From an uncultured Sedimenticola sp. (GTDB taxonomy: Bacteria > Pseudomonadota > Gammaproteobacteria > Chromatiales > Chromatiaceae): a stretch of DNA of 64,000 nucleotides. Positions within the stretch are counted from its first letter, which is position 1. The number at the start of each line of letters is the position of its first letter. The notes beneath the pieces were generated by a model. That model ran no database searches, had not been told where the DNA came from, and was given only the letters and a program-made list of their open reading frames with translations. The DNA is taken from NCBI GenBank assembly GCA_964404295.1, contig CAYOJM010000020.1, positions 44,002-108,001 on the forward strand. Direction: 5' to 3'. Both the position numbers and the translations under genes were made by a program. Below, one piece after another: positions 14,056-23,201 of the stretch.

Positions 14056-14727
14056 GTGGCCCTGGCTCTGTTCGATCTCGACAACACGCTTCTGGCCGGC
14101 GACTCCGACTATCTGTGGGGGGTCTTCCTGTCCGAAAAAGGCGTCGTGGACCGGGCGACCTACGAGAATGAAAACGAGCGGTTCTATCGGGAATACAAGG
14201 AGGGCCGCCTGGATATTTTCGAGTTCCTGGCTTTTTCCTTGCGCCCCCTGGCCGAGAACGACCCCGATCGGTTGCACGCCTGGCGCGAGGAGTTCGTGAG
14301 CGAGGTCATCGACCCCCTCATCACCGAAGACGCCCGCCTGCTGGTGGAGATGCACCGCAAACGGGGCGACACCCTGGTGGTGATCACCGCCACCAACGCC
14401 TTCGTGACCGCGCCCATCGTGGCTCGCTTCGACATTCCCCACCTCATCGCCACCGAGCCGGAACGCATCGACGGCCGGTTCACCGGCCGGGTGGCCGGCG
14501 TGCCCTGTTTCCGGGAAGGCAAGGTGAAACGGGTGCGAAGCTGGCTCGAAGGGCGAGACGAGCGTCTGGAAGACGCCTGGTTCTACAGCGACTCTCACAA
14601 CGACCTCCCTTTGCTCGAACGGGTGAGCCACCCCATGGCGGTGGATCCCGACCCCACTCTGGAGACGGTAGCGGCCGAGCGGGGCTGGCCGGTGCTCTAT
14701 CTGCACAAAGAGGCGCCACCCCTTTGA
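14056..14727 (+). CDS. HAD-IB family hydrolase (SerB-like / histidinol phosphatase-like)
   Basis: FDLDNTLL, ITAT, GK and YSDSHNDLPLL HAD motifs; divergent from rppH. Confidence 0.88.
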   Translation: MALALFDLDNTLLAGDSDYLWGVFLSEKGVVDRATYENENERFYREYKEGRLDIFEFLAFSLRPLAENDPDRLHAWREEFVSEVIDPLITEDARLLVEMHRKRGDTLVVITATNAFVTAPIVARFDIPHLIATEPERIDGRFTGRVAGVPCFREGKVKRVRSWLEGRDERLEDAWFYSDSHNDLPLLERVSHPMAVDPDPTLETVAAERGWPVLYLHKEAPPL

Positions 14728-15734
14728 TGCGCGACGGCGCCATCCGCCATCCATTGGCTGGGCGCCTCCCGCGGCTGGGGCTGCTTCTGGCGTTGGCGCT
14801 GGTCGCCTTGGGCGGCGCCCTCGCCGTCGGCAGCGTGACCATCCCACCGAGTGATTTGTGGCACCTGCTGTGGCACCCCGACGACAGCGCCCATGCGCGC
14901 ATCCTGCACGAATTGCGCCTGCCTCGAGTCCTCTCCGCCTTCGCCGTCGGTGCCCTGCTCGCCCTGGCCGGTGCCTTGATGCAAGTGTTGTTGCGCAATC
15001 CGTTGGCCGATCCCTATGTGTTGGGGGTATCGGGCGGCGCCGCCGTGGCCATGCTCGGCGCCATGCTGGCCGGCTGGCCTTTGGTCTGGCAACCGCCGGC
15101 CGCCTTTGTCGGCGCCCTGGCCAGCGTATTGCTCCTGTTCGTCCTGGCGCGGCGCGGCCGCTGGAACACCACCGTGCTTCTGCTCACGGGCGTGGTGTTG
15201 GCGGCCGGTTGGTCGGCTGTGGTGAGTTTCTTGCTCAGCCTGGCACCCGGCCGACGCCTGCCCGGCATGCTGTTTTGGCTCATGGGGGATCTCTCGGACC
15301 TGGACCGCCCCTTGTTGCCCGGCATTACCCTGGCTCTCGCTTTGGCCGCCGCCTTGTGGATGGCGCCTGGCTTGAACCTGGCCACGCGAGGCATGACGCG
15401 AGCCCACGCGCTGGGCGTGGACACTCGACGACTGCAGACGTGGCTCTACCTGCTCGCTTCCGGCACGACGGCGGTGGCGGTGAGCCTGGCCGGAACCATT
15501 GGATTCGTGGGCCTGGTGGCGCCCCACATGACGCGGCTGCTGCTGGGCGGGGACCATCGGCTGCTGCTGCCCGGCGCGGCCCTGGCGGGCGGCACTTTGT
15601 TGCTGCTCGCCGACACCGCGGCACGCACCCTGTTGGCGCCGCGCCAGCTTCCCGTGGGGGTGCTCACCGCCTCGATCGGCGTGCCTCTGTTCCTCTATCT
15701 GCTCTACCGCAGCAGGAGGGGCGCCCATGAGTGA
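14727..15734 (+). CDS. FecCD/BtuC family ABC permease (cobalamin or iron chelate)
   Basis: LRLPR, QVLLRNPLADPYVLGVSGGA, IGFVGLVAPH and LPVGVLT motifs. Confidence 0.9.
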   Translation: MRDGAIRHPLAGRLPRLGLLLALALVALGGALAVGSVTIPPSDLWHLLWHPDDSAHARILHELRLPRVLSAFAVGALLALAGALMQVLLRNPLADPYVLGVSGGAAVAMLGAMLAGWPLVWQPPAAFVGALASVLLLFVLARRGRWNTTVLLLTGVVLAAGWSAVVSFLLSLAPGRRLPGMLFWLMGDLSDLDRPLLPGITLALALAAALWMAPGLNLATRGMTRAHALGVDTRRLQTWLYLLASGTTAVAVSLAGTIGFVGLVAPHMTRLLLGGDHRLLLPGAALAGGTLLLLADTAARTLLAPRQLPVGVLTASIGVPLFLYLLYRSRRGAHE

Positions 15735-16512
15735 GCCCCTGCTTGAGATCCAGGGCCTCACCTTGCGCCGGGGCGGGCGCACCCTCTGCCGCGATCTCGA
15801 CCTCAGCGTGGAAACGGGTAGCCGCTGGGGGATCCTGGGGCCCAACGGCGCAGGCAAGACCACCCTGCTGCACACCCTGGCCGGCTTGATCCCGGCGGCC
15901 GCAGGCCGCGTTCTCTGCCGCGGGCGCCCCTTGCACGCATGGCCTCGGCGGGCGCTGGCACGGGAGCTCGGCCTGTTGTTCCAGCAGGAAACGCCGGCAC
16001 TCACCACCACCGTCTTCGAAGCCGTCCTCGGAGGACGCCACCCCCACCTGGACGGTTGGGGTTGGGAAACCCGGGACGACCTGGAAACGGCCTGGCGGGC
16101 GCTCTCGGAGATGGGCTTGGAACCCCTCGCCCGAAGGGATCCCCAAACCCTGTCCGGAGGAGAACGCCAGCGCATGGAGATCGCTGCCCTGTTGGCCCAG
16201 GCGCCCACCGTGGCCTTGCTGGACGAGCCCATCAATCATCTGGATCCCGCCCACCAGGCCGAGGTGCTCGAAGGGCTGCGCCGCCATTTCGGCGAGGCTC
16301 CGCGGGCCATGGTGCTGGTGTTGCACGACGTCAATCTGGCCCTGACTTTCTGCGACCGGCTGTTGCTGCTGCGCGGCGATGGTCGCTGGCGGGCGGGCGC
16401 CGTCGAGGCGCTGGGGACGGCCGCTCAGCTCTCCTGGGTGTACGGCTGTGAAGTGCGTCCGTGCGACGAGGTGGCCGCCCCCTGTTTCCGTTTTCCCACG
16501 GGCGCGGCCTGA
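15727..16512 (+). CDS. ABC transporter ATPase (BtuD/FepC-like)
   Basis: GPNGAGKT, LSGGERQR, LLDEP and LHDVNLA motifs. Confidence 0.9.
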   Translation: MSEPLLEIQGLTLRRGGRTLCRDLDLSVETGSRWGILGPNGAGKTTLLHTLAGLIPAAAGRVLCRGRPLHAWPRRALARELGLLFQQETPALTTTVFEAVLGGRHPHLDGWGWETRDDLETAWRALSEMGLEPLARRDPQTLSGGERQRMEIAALLAQAPTVALLDEPINHLDPAHQAEVLEGLRRHFGEAPRAMVLVLHDVNLALTFCDRLLLLRGDGRWRAGAVEALGTAAQLSWVYGCEVRPCDEVAAPCFRFPTGAA

Positions 16513-16518
16513 GATGGT

Positions 16519-16950
16519 TCAGACGGGCGCGTCCCCCACGCCATCGTTCTCCACACGACGGCACAAAGACCGGTCATCCGGGTTTTCCACCGCCGACACG
16601 ATGGCTTCCACCATCCGCCCCAGCTCCTGCGGCGTGAGCACCTCGAGAACGCGTGCCAGCACGTCCGGTTCCACCGGCGCGTACACCTTGCGGCCATCGG
16701 CCAGTTCCACCACCACGCCGGCCGCCTCGCCGCCAGCGGCGTCCTCCGCCTCCTGTGCGGCTCGATCCTGAGAAAGGAGATCATCATAGAGGGATTCCGC
16801 CGCATCCAGCAGCTCGGGCGCGGCCGTGTCGGGCAGGCGCACTTGCCACAGGTCCGCCTCCCGTTCCAGCTCCGGCTCCAGACCGTGAGCCCGCACGAAA
16901 CGGACGAACTCGTCGGCAGTGCGAGACTGGAAAAAGACATACTCGAACAT
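16519..16950 (-). CDS. Hypothetical acidic protein
   Basis: Protein-like ORF from MFEYVFF with GC-biased third codon positions; no family recognised. Confidence 0.7.
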   Translation of the reverse strand: MFEYVFFQSRTADEFVRFVRAHGLEPELEREADLWQVRLPDTAAPELLDAAESLYDDLLSQDRAAQEAEDAAGGEAAGVVVELADGRKVYAPVEPDVLARVLEVLTPQELGRMVEAIVSAVENPDDRSLCRRVENDGVGDAPV

Positions 16951-17062
16951 GGCGGTTGAAATCGGGCGGCCACGGCAACATGTGTTCAGAGTAGCAGAAT
17001 CCATTTCTGCTTGATCCCGGTCAAAGGAAAAAAGAGGTAGGAGCGCCATAATTTTTTTGAGA

Positions 17063-17086
17063 ATCAGTATATGCAAATATGCTGAT
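17063..17086. promoter_or_regulatory. Imperfect inverted repeat (candidate operator) upstream of the sulfur globule gene
   Basis: ATCAGTATAT-GCAA-ATATGCTGAT, 9 of 10 arm positions match, in an AT-rich divergent intergenic region. Confidence 0.55.
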
Positions 17087-17135
17087 CTACTGGATGGTTC
17101 CCTGTTTTCACCGTGACGAGATGGAGGACAGTGAC

Positions 17136-17450
17136 ATGAAGACGGTCAAAAAGGCTCTGACGGGTGCATTGCTGGCCGGCAGCGTGATGGCCGCCGGTGC
17201 CGCCAACGCATTCTGGGGTCCCTTCGACGACTGGTGGGACGACGACGATTGGTGGGACGACTATCCGCCGCCGTGGGTGCTCTATGGCCCTTATGGCCCC
17301 TGGGGTTATTACGGCGCGCCCTACTACTATGGATGGGGTCCCTATGCCTATCCTTATGCCTATCCCTACGGCGGCTACTACGGGTACCCGGGTTACACCT
17401 ATCCCACTCAACAGACGCCCAGCAGCGGAAGCCAGCAAAAGACGCGCTGA
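17136..17450 (+). CDS. Sulfur globule envelope protein (Sgp family)
   Basis: SD GGAGGA; Sec signal ending ANA-FWGPF; low-complexity Gly/Tyr/Pro repeats (YGPYGPWGYYGAPYYYGWGPYAYPY) typical of Chromatiales Sgp proteins. Confidence 0.8.
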   Translation: MKTVKKALTGALLAGSVMAAGAANAFWGPFDDWWDDDDWWDDYPPPWVLYGPYGPWGYYGAPYYYGWGPYAYPYAYPYGGYYGYPGYTYPTQQTPSSGSQQKTR

Positions 17451-17471
17451 TTTCCTCTTGGCGCGAGCGGG

Positions 17472-17500
17472 AAAAGCGGCCTTTACGGGCCGCTTTTTTT
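17472..17500 (+). terminator. Rho-independent terminator after sgp
   Basis: AAAAGCGGCC-tttacg-GGCCGCTTTTTTT. Confidence 0.85.
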
Positions 17501-17583
17501 GTGCACCCCTCTGCCCCGCTTCGGTCGACACCGCCGGCACCTTCACGCAATAATCGATGAAAACGACCACCGAGGAGGATCCG

Positions 17584-18057
17584 ATGAAAAATCCCTTCAA
17601 CCGTCGACGGTTCATGCAATGGCTGGCCGCGGGGACCGGATTGGTGGCCGCCGGGCGGACGGCGGCCCACCACACCGAAACCCACTTCGAGGAGGATTCC
17701 ACCCACCATATCGTGTACCAACTCAACAAGGCCGATCCAAGGTACATCGGCCATGTGCTCTTTTCGGTGGGCGAGATGCTGCGCAAGTACGGCGACGACA
17801 TCGAAATCGTGGTGGCCGTCTTCGCCGAAGGCATCCATCTGCTCGCCAAACACCCACGCCGAGCCATTCCCCGCGACCTGCAGCAGAAAGCCGCCTCACT
17901 GGCCGCCTACGGCGTGGCTTTCCACGCCTGCAACAACACGCTCAAATCCCTGCGTTGGACGGAGAAGGACCTGTTCGACTTCGTTCAAGTGGTGCCCATT
18001 GGGGTGGACGACATCATGCAGCTCCAGAAGCGGGGGTTCGCCTACATCGCCTGGTGA
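17584..18057 (+). CDS. Tat-exported DsrE/DsrF-like family protein
   Basis: SD GAGGAGG; twin-arginine signal NRRRFMQWLAAG; IVYQLN, IVVAVFAEGIHLL, FHACNNT and LQKRGFAYI DsrE-fold motifs. Confidence 0.8.
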   Translation: MKNPFNRRRFMQWLAAGTGLVAAGRTAAHHTETHFEEDSTHHIVYQLNKADPRYIGHVLFSVGEMLRKYGDDIEIVVAVFAEGIHLLAKHPRRAIPRDLQQKAASLAAYGVAFHACNNTLKSLRWTEKDLFDFVQVVPIGVDDIMQLQKRGFAYIAW

Positions 18058-18071
18058 CGCGCTCGGCGCCC

Positions 18072-21000
18072 TCAATGGAAATCCCGGGATTCCACCTCGA
18101 GGGTGCCCAACAACGCGCTGTGATCCCACAGGCGGCGCACCACCAGATGCTGGACCCCTTCGGCCCGCTGGATCTCGGCGCGGGCGCCCAACAGCCGAGC
18201 TTGCGCCAACACCCGGCGGTGACGTTCCGCCAGGCGTCGCCAGACGATGAGATTGAGAAGCCCGGTTTCGTCCTCCAGGGTGATGAAAACGGCATTGCCT
18301 TTGCCCGGACGCTGACGCACGAGCACCAATCCAGCCACTTGCACCACGGTTCCACTCGCCCGCTCGACCACTTCCTTTGCGGAAAGACATCCCCGCCGAC
18401 GAAGGACGGAGCGCAACAAGGCCAGTGGATGACGGCGCAAAGTCAGCCCCAGGCTGCGGTAGTCATGGAGGATGGAGCGGGCCTCGCCGGGTACCGGCAG
18501 CGGCGGCATCCGCTCTTCGGGAAGGGCTCGGACCAGCAACGGCGGCGCCTGATCCGCGGCCGCCACCGCCCAATGGGCGGCATAGCGGTGGTGGCCCAGT
18601 GAGGCCAAGGCGTCCGCCGCCGCCAATGCCTCCAAGTCCCGCCGTCCCAGCGCCGTCCGCCGGGCCATTTCCGCCACCGACCCGAACGCCCCCTCTTTTC
18701 GGCGGGCGGTGGTCAGCCGCATCGCCCCCGCCCGGGAAAGCCCTTTCACGAGCCGCAACCCCAGGCGCACCGCCCCGTCCTCTTCGAGGGAAGAGTCCCA
18801 TTCACTGTGGTTCACATCCACGGGCCGCACCGTCACACCATGGGCGCGGGCGTCACGAACCAGTTGGGCGGGCGCATAGAACCCCATGGGTTGGCTGTTG
18901 AGCAACGCAATGAGAAACACCGCAGGATGGTGGCACTTGATCCAGGCGGAAGCATAGGCCAGCAGGGCGAAACCGGCGGCATGGGATTCCGGAAAACCGT
19001 ACTCTCCAAAACCCAGGATCTGGCGGAAGATGCGGTCGGCGAATTCGGCGCTGTAGCCGCGCGCCGCCATGCCCTCCTTGAGCCGGCGCTCCCAGGACGC
19101 CAGCCCGCCGCGCCGACGCCAAGCGGCCATGGCCCGGCGCAGGCGGTCCGCCTCGCCCGGCGTGAATCCCGCCGCCACCACCGCCAGGCGGATCACCTGT
19201 TCCTGAAAGATGGGCACGCCCAGGGTGCGCTCCAGCACAGATTTCACCGCCTCCGAAGGGTATTCCACCGGCTCCAACCCTTGACGCCGGCGCAAATAGG
19301 GGTGAACCATCTCGCCTTGGATGGGGCCGGGCCGAACGAGCGCGATCTCCACCACCAGGTCGTAGAAATTCTCCGGCTTCAGGCGCGGCAACATGGCCAT
19401 CTGGGCCCTCGATTCGATCTGGAACACGCCGAGGGTGTCGGCCCGCCGGATCATGGCGTAGGTGGCGGGATCCTCCGGTGGAATCCGTTCGAGCGGCATC
19501 TCCAACAGCGTCAGGGCCCGGCGCAAGGCGCTGAGCATGCCCAGAGCGAGCACGTCCACCTTCATCAGGCCGAGGGATTCCAGGTCGTCCTTGTCCCACT
19601 GGATGACGGTGCGGCCATCCATGGCGGCGTTCTCCACGGGCACCAGTGTCTCCAGGGTGTCGCGCGCGATGACGAATCCCCCCACGTGCTGGGAGAGATG
19701 GCGGGGAAACCCCACCAACGCGTTGGCCAACGCCACCAGACGCCGCACGCGCCGGCTTCGGGAATCGAAGCCCGCCTCCTCCAACCCCAGCGCCTCCACC
19801 GGACCATGGCGGCGCCACCCCGACACGGCGCGAGCCAACCGTTCCACCTCCGTGGCGGTGAACCCCAGGGCCCGGGCGGTGTCGCGCAGGGCGCTTCGCG
19901 ACCGATAGGTGATGACGGTGGCGGCCAGGGCGGCGCGACGGCGACCGTATTTGCTGTAGATATACTGGATCACCTCCTCACGCCGTTCGTGCTCGAAGTC
20001 CACATCGATGTCGGGGGGCTCGGCCCGCTCCCTGGAGATGAAACGTTCGAACAACAGCGACATGCGCGCCGGATCCACCTCGGTGATGCCCAGGGCGTAA
20101 CAGACCGCGGAATTGGCCGCCGACCCCCGCCCCTGGCATAGAATGCCCCGTTCACGGGCGAACCGGACCAGATCCCAGACGGTGAGGAAATAGGGCGCGT
20201 ATTTCAATTCGGCGATCAGCGCCAGCTCCCGCTCGACCTGTTCCGCCACCTCGCGTGGACAGCCGTCGGGCCAGCGGCGCGCCTTGCCCGACTCCACCAG
20301 ACGTCGAAGGAAGGCGTCGGAAGAGCAGCCGGGCGGCGTGACGTCGTCGGGATATTCATAGCGCAACTCGTCCAGGGAGAAGCGGCACCTTCGGGCGATC
20401 TCCCAGCGGGCCGCCAACAGGTCCGGCGGTGCCAACGCACGCCACGCCGCCGGGGCACGAAGATGGCGGGCGCCGTTCATGAGCGCCCGATAGCCCAGGC
20501 GTTCCACCGTGGTACGCAAGCGGATGGCGGTGAGCAGGTCTTTCAGCGCACGCCGGCCCGGGCGGTGCATGCAGACGTCCCCGGCCGCCGTCAACGGCAA
20601 GCCGTGACGGCGCGCCAATCCCCGCAACCGATCCAAACGCACCCCGTCCAGGCCGTCGAAACGGGGCGACCAGGCCAGCCATCCCCGCCCGGAGAAACGT
20701 TCGGCGAACCAGGACGGATCCCAATCGGCGGAAGGATCCTCGGGCGGAAGCCACAACGCCAAACAGCACTCCACCGCTTCCAGATCGGCTCGGTCGAGTC
20801 GGTACGTGCCCTTGGGTGCCGCACGCCGTCCTCGGGTGATCACCCGGCACAATGCGGCGTAATCCGTACGATCCTGCGCCAGCAGCACCAGCCTATCGCC
20901 TTCCACGAGGCGCAGCTCGCAACCGACGATGAGCTTCACGCCGTGCGTCTTCGCCGCCTGGTGAGCGCGCACCACCCCCGCCAGACTGCACTCGTCGGTA

Positions 21001-21134
21001 ACCGCCAGCGCCTGGTAACCCAGCTCCGCGGCCCGCTTCACCAGCTCCTCGGGATGGGCGGCGCCGCGAAGAAAGCTGAAGTTGGTCAGACAGTGGAGTT
21101 CCACGGCGGCGCCGCACTCAGTCGAAACAGCCAT
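18072..21134 (-). CDS. dnaE2: Error-prone DNA polymerase DnaE2 (ImuC)
   Basis: ELHCLTNFSFLRGA PHP start, GRGSAANSAVC, PPDIDVDFEH, FPRHLSQHVGG and C-terminal SRDFH. Confidence 0.96.
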   Translation of the reverse strand: MAVSTECGAAVELHCLTNFSFLRGAAHPEELVKRAAELGYQALAVTDECSLAGVVRAHQAAKTHGVKLIVGCELRLVEGDRLVLLAQDRTDYAALCRVITRGRRAAPKGTYRLDRADLEAVECCLALWLPPEDPSADWDPSWFAERFSGRGWLAWSPRFDGLDGVRLDRLRGLARRHGLPLTAAGDVCMHRPGRRALKDLLTAIRLRTTVERLGYRALMNGARHLRAPAAWRALAPPDLLAARWEIARRCRFSLDELRYEYPDDVTPPGCSSDAFLRRLVESGKARRWPDGCPREVAEQVERELALIAELKYAPYFLTVWDLVRFARERGILCQGRGSAANSAVCYALGITEVDPARMSLLFERFISRERAEPPDIDVDFEHERREEVIQYIYSKYGRRRAALAATVITYRSRSALRDTARALGFTATEVERLARAVSGWRRHGPVEALGLEEAGFDSRSRRVRRLVALANALVGFPRHLSQHVGGFVIARDTLETLVPVENAAMDGRTVIQWDKDDLESLGLMKVDVLALGMLSALRRALTLLEMPLERIPPEDPATYAMIRRADTLGVFQIESRAQMAMLPRLKPENFYDLVVEIALVRPGPIQGEMVHPYLRRRQGLEPVEYPSEAVKSVLERTLGVPIFQEQVIRLAVVAAGFTPGEADRLRRAMAAWRRRGGLASWERRLKEGMAARGYSAEFADRIFRQILGFGEYGFPESHAAGFALLAYASAWIKCHHPAVFLIALLNSQPMGFYAPAQLVRDARAHGVTVRPVDVNHSEWDSSLEEDGAVRLGLRLVKGLSRAGAMRLTTARRKEGAFGSVAEMARRTALGRRDLEALAAADALASLGHHRYAAHWAVAAADQAPPLLVRALPEERMPPLPVPGEARSILHDYRSLGLTLRRHPLALLRSVLRRRGCLSAKEVVERASGTVVQVAGLVLVRQRPGKGNAVFITLEDETGLLNLIVWRRLAERHRRVLAQARLLGARAEIQRAEGVQHLVVRRLWDHSALLGTLEVESRDFH

Positions 21135-22539
21135 GCAGGAACCACCTCCCCTTCCGGTCGCGGAACACCCAATAACGCACCCCTTCGGGGCTCACCGCCC
21201 GATAGTAGTCACGCCGGAATGTCCTCCCTTCCCACCACCCGCTTTCCAGCCGCTGCATGAAAGGTTCCAGGCGAAGCGGCCCGCGGTGCCAAGGGCACCC
21301 CTCGCGCACGCTCAAAGGACGGGGCCGGGGCAACAGCCACAACGGTTGTCGAAGCGCGGCGGGATGCGCAGGCTCTCCGCCCTTCTCTCCCGGCGCACAA
21401 GGAATCCAAGCGCGTTCCGGCCGGTGATCGGCGCAGAGTCTTGCACCCTGCACGGCCTCTTCGCCCAATCGGGCGCGCAGCCGCTCGAGCACATCCCCGT
21501 CCGTCCACGCCCCTCCCGACAGCAACTCGCCCGCCACCGGATGAAAAGGCACCCACCGCTCCACGGCCAACTCCATCTCCACCACGGGCGCGGGCAATGC
21601 CAGCCGTTCGAAGCGGTGTCCCGTCCACTCCAACAGGCGCGCCTCGTCCCGAGTGGGTTCCAACAGTCCCATCTCGAAACGGGTGGGCGGTGCATCACGG
21701 TGGAACAGACGCCACTCCAACCGCTGCACGGCACCGTCCCGGCCGTGAAGAAAAGCGGCCAGGAGCGCCAGCAACCGGCGGGCGGGAAACCGCAGGGCAT
21801 CCGCCCGTTCCGCTTCATGGGGCAGCCACAACCGCTGGCGAAAACGCTCCGGCGGCTTCCAGAAGGCACGCGGATCGGGCGCCCGGCCCAGCAGGCGATC
21901 CAGCCGCATCACCGGCTCCCGCCCGATGCGGCGGATCAGCTCAGGACGGGGAAGCGCAAGGCAATCCCCCAAAGTAGAGAGCCCGACGTTTTCCATCAGC
22001 ATCCGCCACCGCCGGTCGCGGGTGAACAGACGAAGGGGCACCGCCCGAAGCACCTTTGGAAGCGCCGCCCGATCCGTGACATGAGTGCCCGGCGCGACAC
22101 GGGCCAGCAACGCCGCCGCAGCCGGCGTGGGGGCGGCGGCCCAGGACGCAGGCCGCCCCACATCGGGCAACCGCGCTTCCATCCGCGTCCTCAAGCGCTC
22201 GAAGCTCCCGAACAGACGCAGGCTGCCCCCCACTTCCAGCAGCACCATCAAAGGGTCGAAACACACCTGGGCGCTGTAGCGCCAAGCCCAGACGCCTAGC
22301 CCCTCCAGGAGCGCCTTTTCCCTTCGCCGGTCGCGGGATCGCACCTCCAATGCCGGCGCCCGTTCCAAAGCCGCGGCCACGCTCATGCCGGGAACCACCC
22401 CGGCGGCGACGGCCGACTCGTTGCAACGATCGATCAACGCCTGCCCCTCATGGTGACGGCTCACCGCAAAAGGCCGCTCCGGCGGGGCGGCAAAGGGGGC
22501 CAACGGCAACCGAGGGAAATACCAGGCTAACCAGCGCAT
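21118..22539 (-). CDS. imuB: Y-family polymerase-like ImuB
   Basis: GVVPGMSVAAA, SLRLFG, DHRPERAW, RLESGWW and RRDYY motifs; lies between imuA and dnaE2. Confidence 0.9.
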   Translation of the reverse strand: MRWLAWYFPRLPLAPFAAPPERPFAVSRHHEGQALIDRCNESAVAAGVVPGMSVAAALERAPALEVRSRDRRREKALLEGLGVWAWRYSAQVCFDPLMVLLEVGGSLRLFGSFERLRTRMEARLPDVGRPASWAAAPTPAAAALLARVAPGTHVTDRAALPKVLRAVPLRLFTRDRRWRMLMENVGLSTLGDCLALPRPELIRRIGREPVMRLDRLLGRAPDPRAFWKPPERFRQRLWLPHEAERADALRFPARRLLALLAAFLHGRDGAVQRLEWRLFHRDAPPTRFEMGLLEPTRDEARLLEWTGHRFERLALPAPVVEMELAVERWVPFHPVAGELLSGGAWTDGDVLERLRARLGEEAVQGARLCADHRPERAWIPCAPGEKGGEPAHPAALRQPLWLLPRPRPLSVREGCPWHRGPLRLEPFMQRLESGWWEGRTFRRDYYRAVSPEGVRYWVFRDRKGRWFLHGCFD

Positions 22540-23135
22540 GCCACCGTTACCCGCGCGCCACTCCAACCACCACGCCGCTTGAGCACCATCACCCGGAGTC
22601 GATCTCCACCCCCCTCGAGACGGAGGCGCAACACTGCGGGAGAAGCCTGCTCCTGGGCCGCGACCGGCCGGAACAGCACCCCCAGGGACCGCCCCGTCTC
22701 AGCCGCCAACTGCAGCCGGCGCAACCGGACGGAGGCGATCCGGCCGGGCCAGAACAGGACCAGGGAACAGCCTCCGGAACGGAGCAGTTGCTCCGTCGCC
22801 CAGGCGCCTTCCGCACCACCCCGGACCATCAGCAGCCGCTCCGCCGGCACCCCTCGAACCGCCAACGCCGGGACATGGAGCCGCCCGGGCGGATTCACCC
22901 AAGCCAGCCACCGTTCCTCCCCGCTCAACCGGCGCAACAAGGGCAACAGCAAGGAAAGCCCTTGGCCCGCCGACGAGATCAACTCCACCAGCCCCTGCCG
23001 GGGCCAACCTCCGATGGCTTCGTCCAAGGCGGAGAATCCGGTGCCGATCCGTTCCTCTCGGCCTTCTTCCGCTTCCCCGCCGCGCCAGACCAGACCGCGG
23101 CGCAGCAGACCATCCAACGCAGCCGCCCGTTTCAT
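22527..23135 (-). CDS. imuA: Translesion synthesis protein ImuA (RecA/SulA-like)
   Basis: TGFSALDEAIGGWPRQGLVEL, WATEQLLRSG, LRRLQLAAE, SPAVLRL and LKRRGG motifs. Confidence 0.9.
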   Translation of the reverse strand: MKRAAALDGLLRRGLVWRGGEAEEGREERIGTGFSALDEAIGGWPRQGLVELISSAGQGLSLLLPLLRRLSGEERWLAWVNPPGRLHVPALAVRGVPAERLLMVRGGAEGAWATEQLLRSGGCSLVLFWPGRIASVRLRRLQLAAETGRSLGVLFRPVAAQEQASPAVLRLRLEGGGDRLRVMVLKRRGGWSGARVTVACAG

Positions 23136-23164
23136 TCCAATCTCTCTCGACGCATGACGACATA

Positions 23165-23179
23165 GAACAAATATAGAAC
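23165..23179 (-). promoter_or_regulatory. Candidate LexA (SOS) box of alphaproteobacterial type, GTTC-N7-GTTC
   Basis: Plus strand GAAC-aaatata-GAAC, 30 bp upstream of the imuA ATG; no CTGT-N8-ACAG seen. Confidence 0.7.
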
Positions 23180-23201
23180 AAACGAGCCGAAAAAACACGC
23201 C

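Noticed and set aside
14727-16512. Cobalamin riboswitch or complete btu operon
   Set aside because: The permease start overlaps the HAD gene stop, leaving no leader; no binding protein or receptor is adjacent, so the substrate is left unassigned
17225-17405. Short repeats (GACGAC.GGTGG, CCCTATG/CCTTATG) resembling a repeat array or CRISPR
   Set aside because: They encode the low-complexity DDWW and YGP/YPY repeats of the sulfur globule protein; no spacers or cas genes
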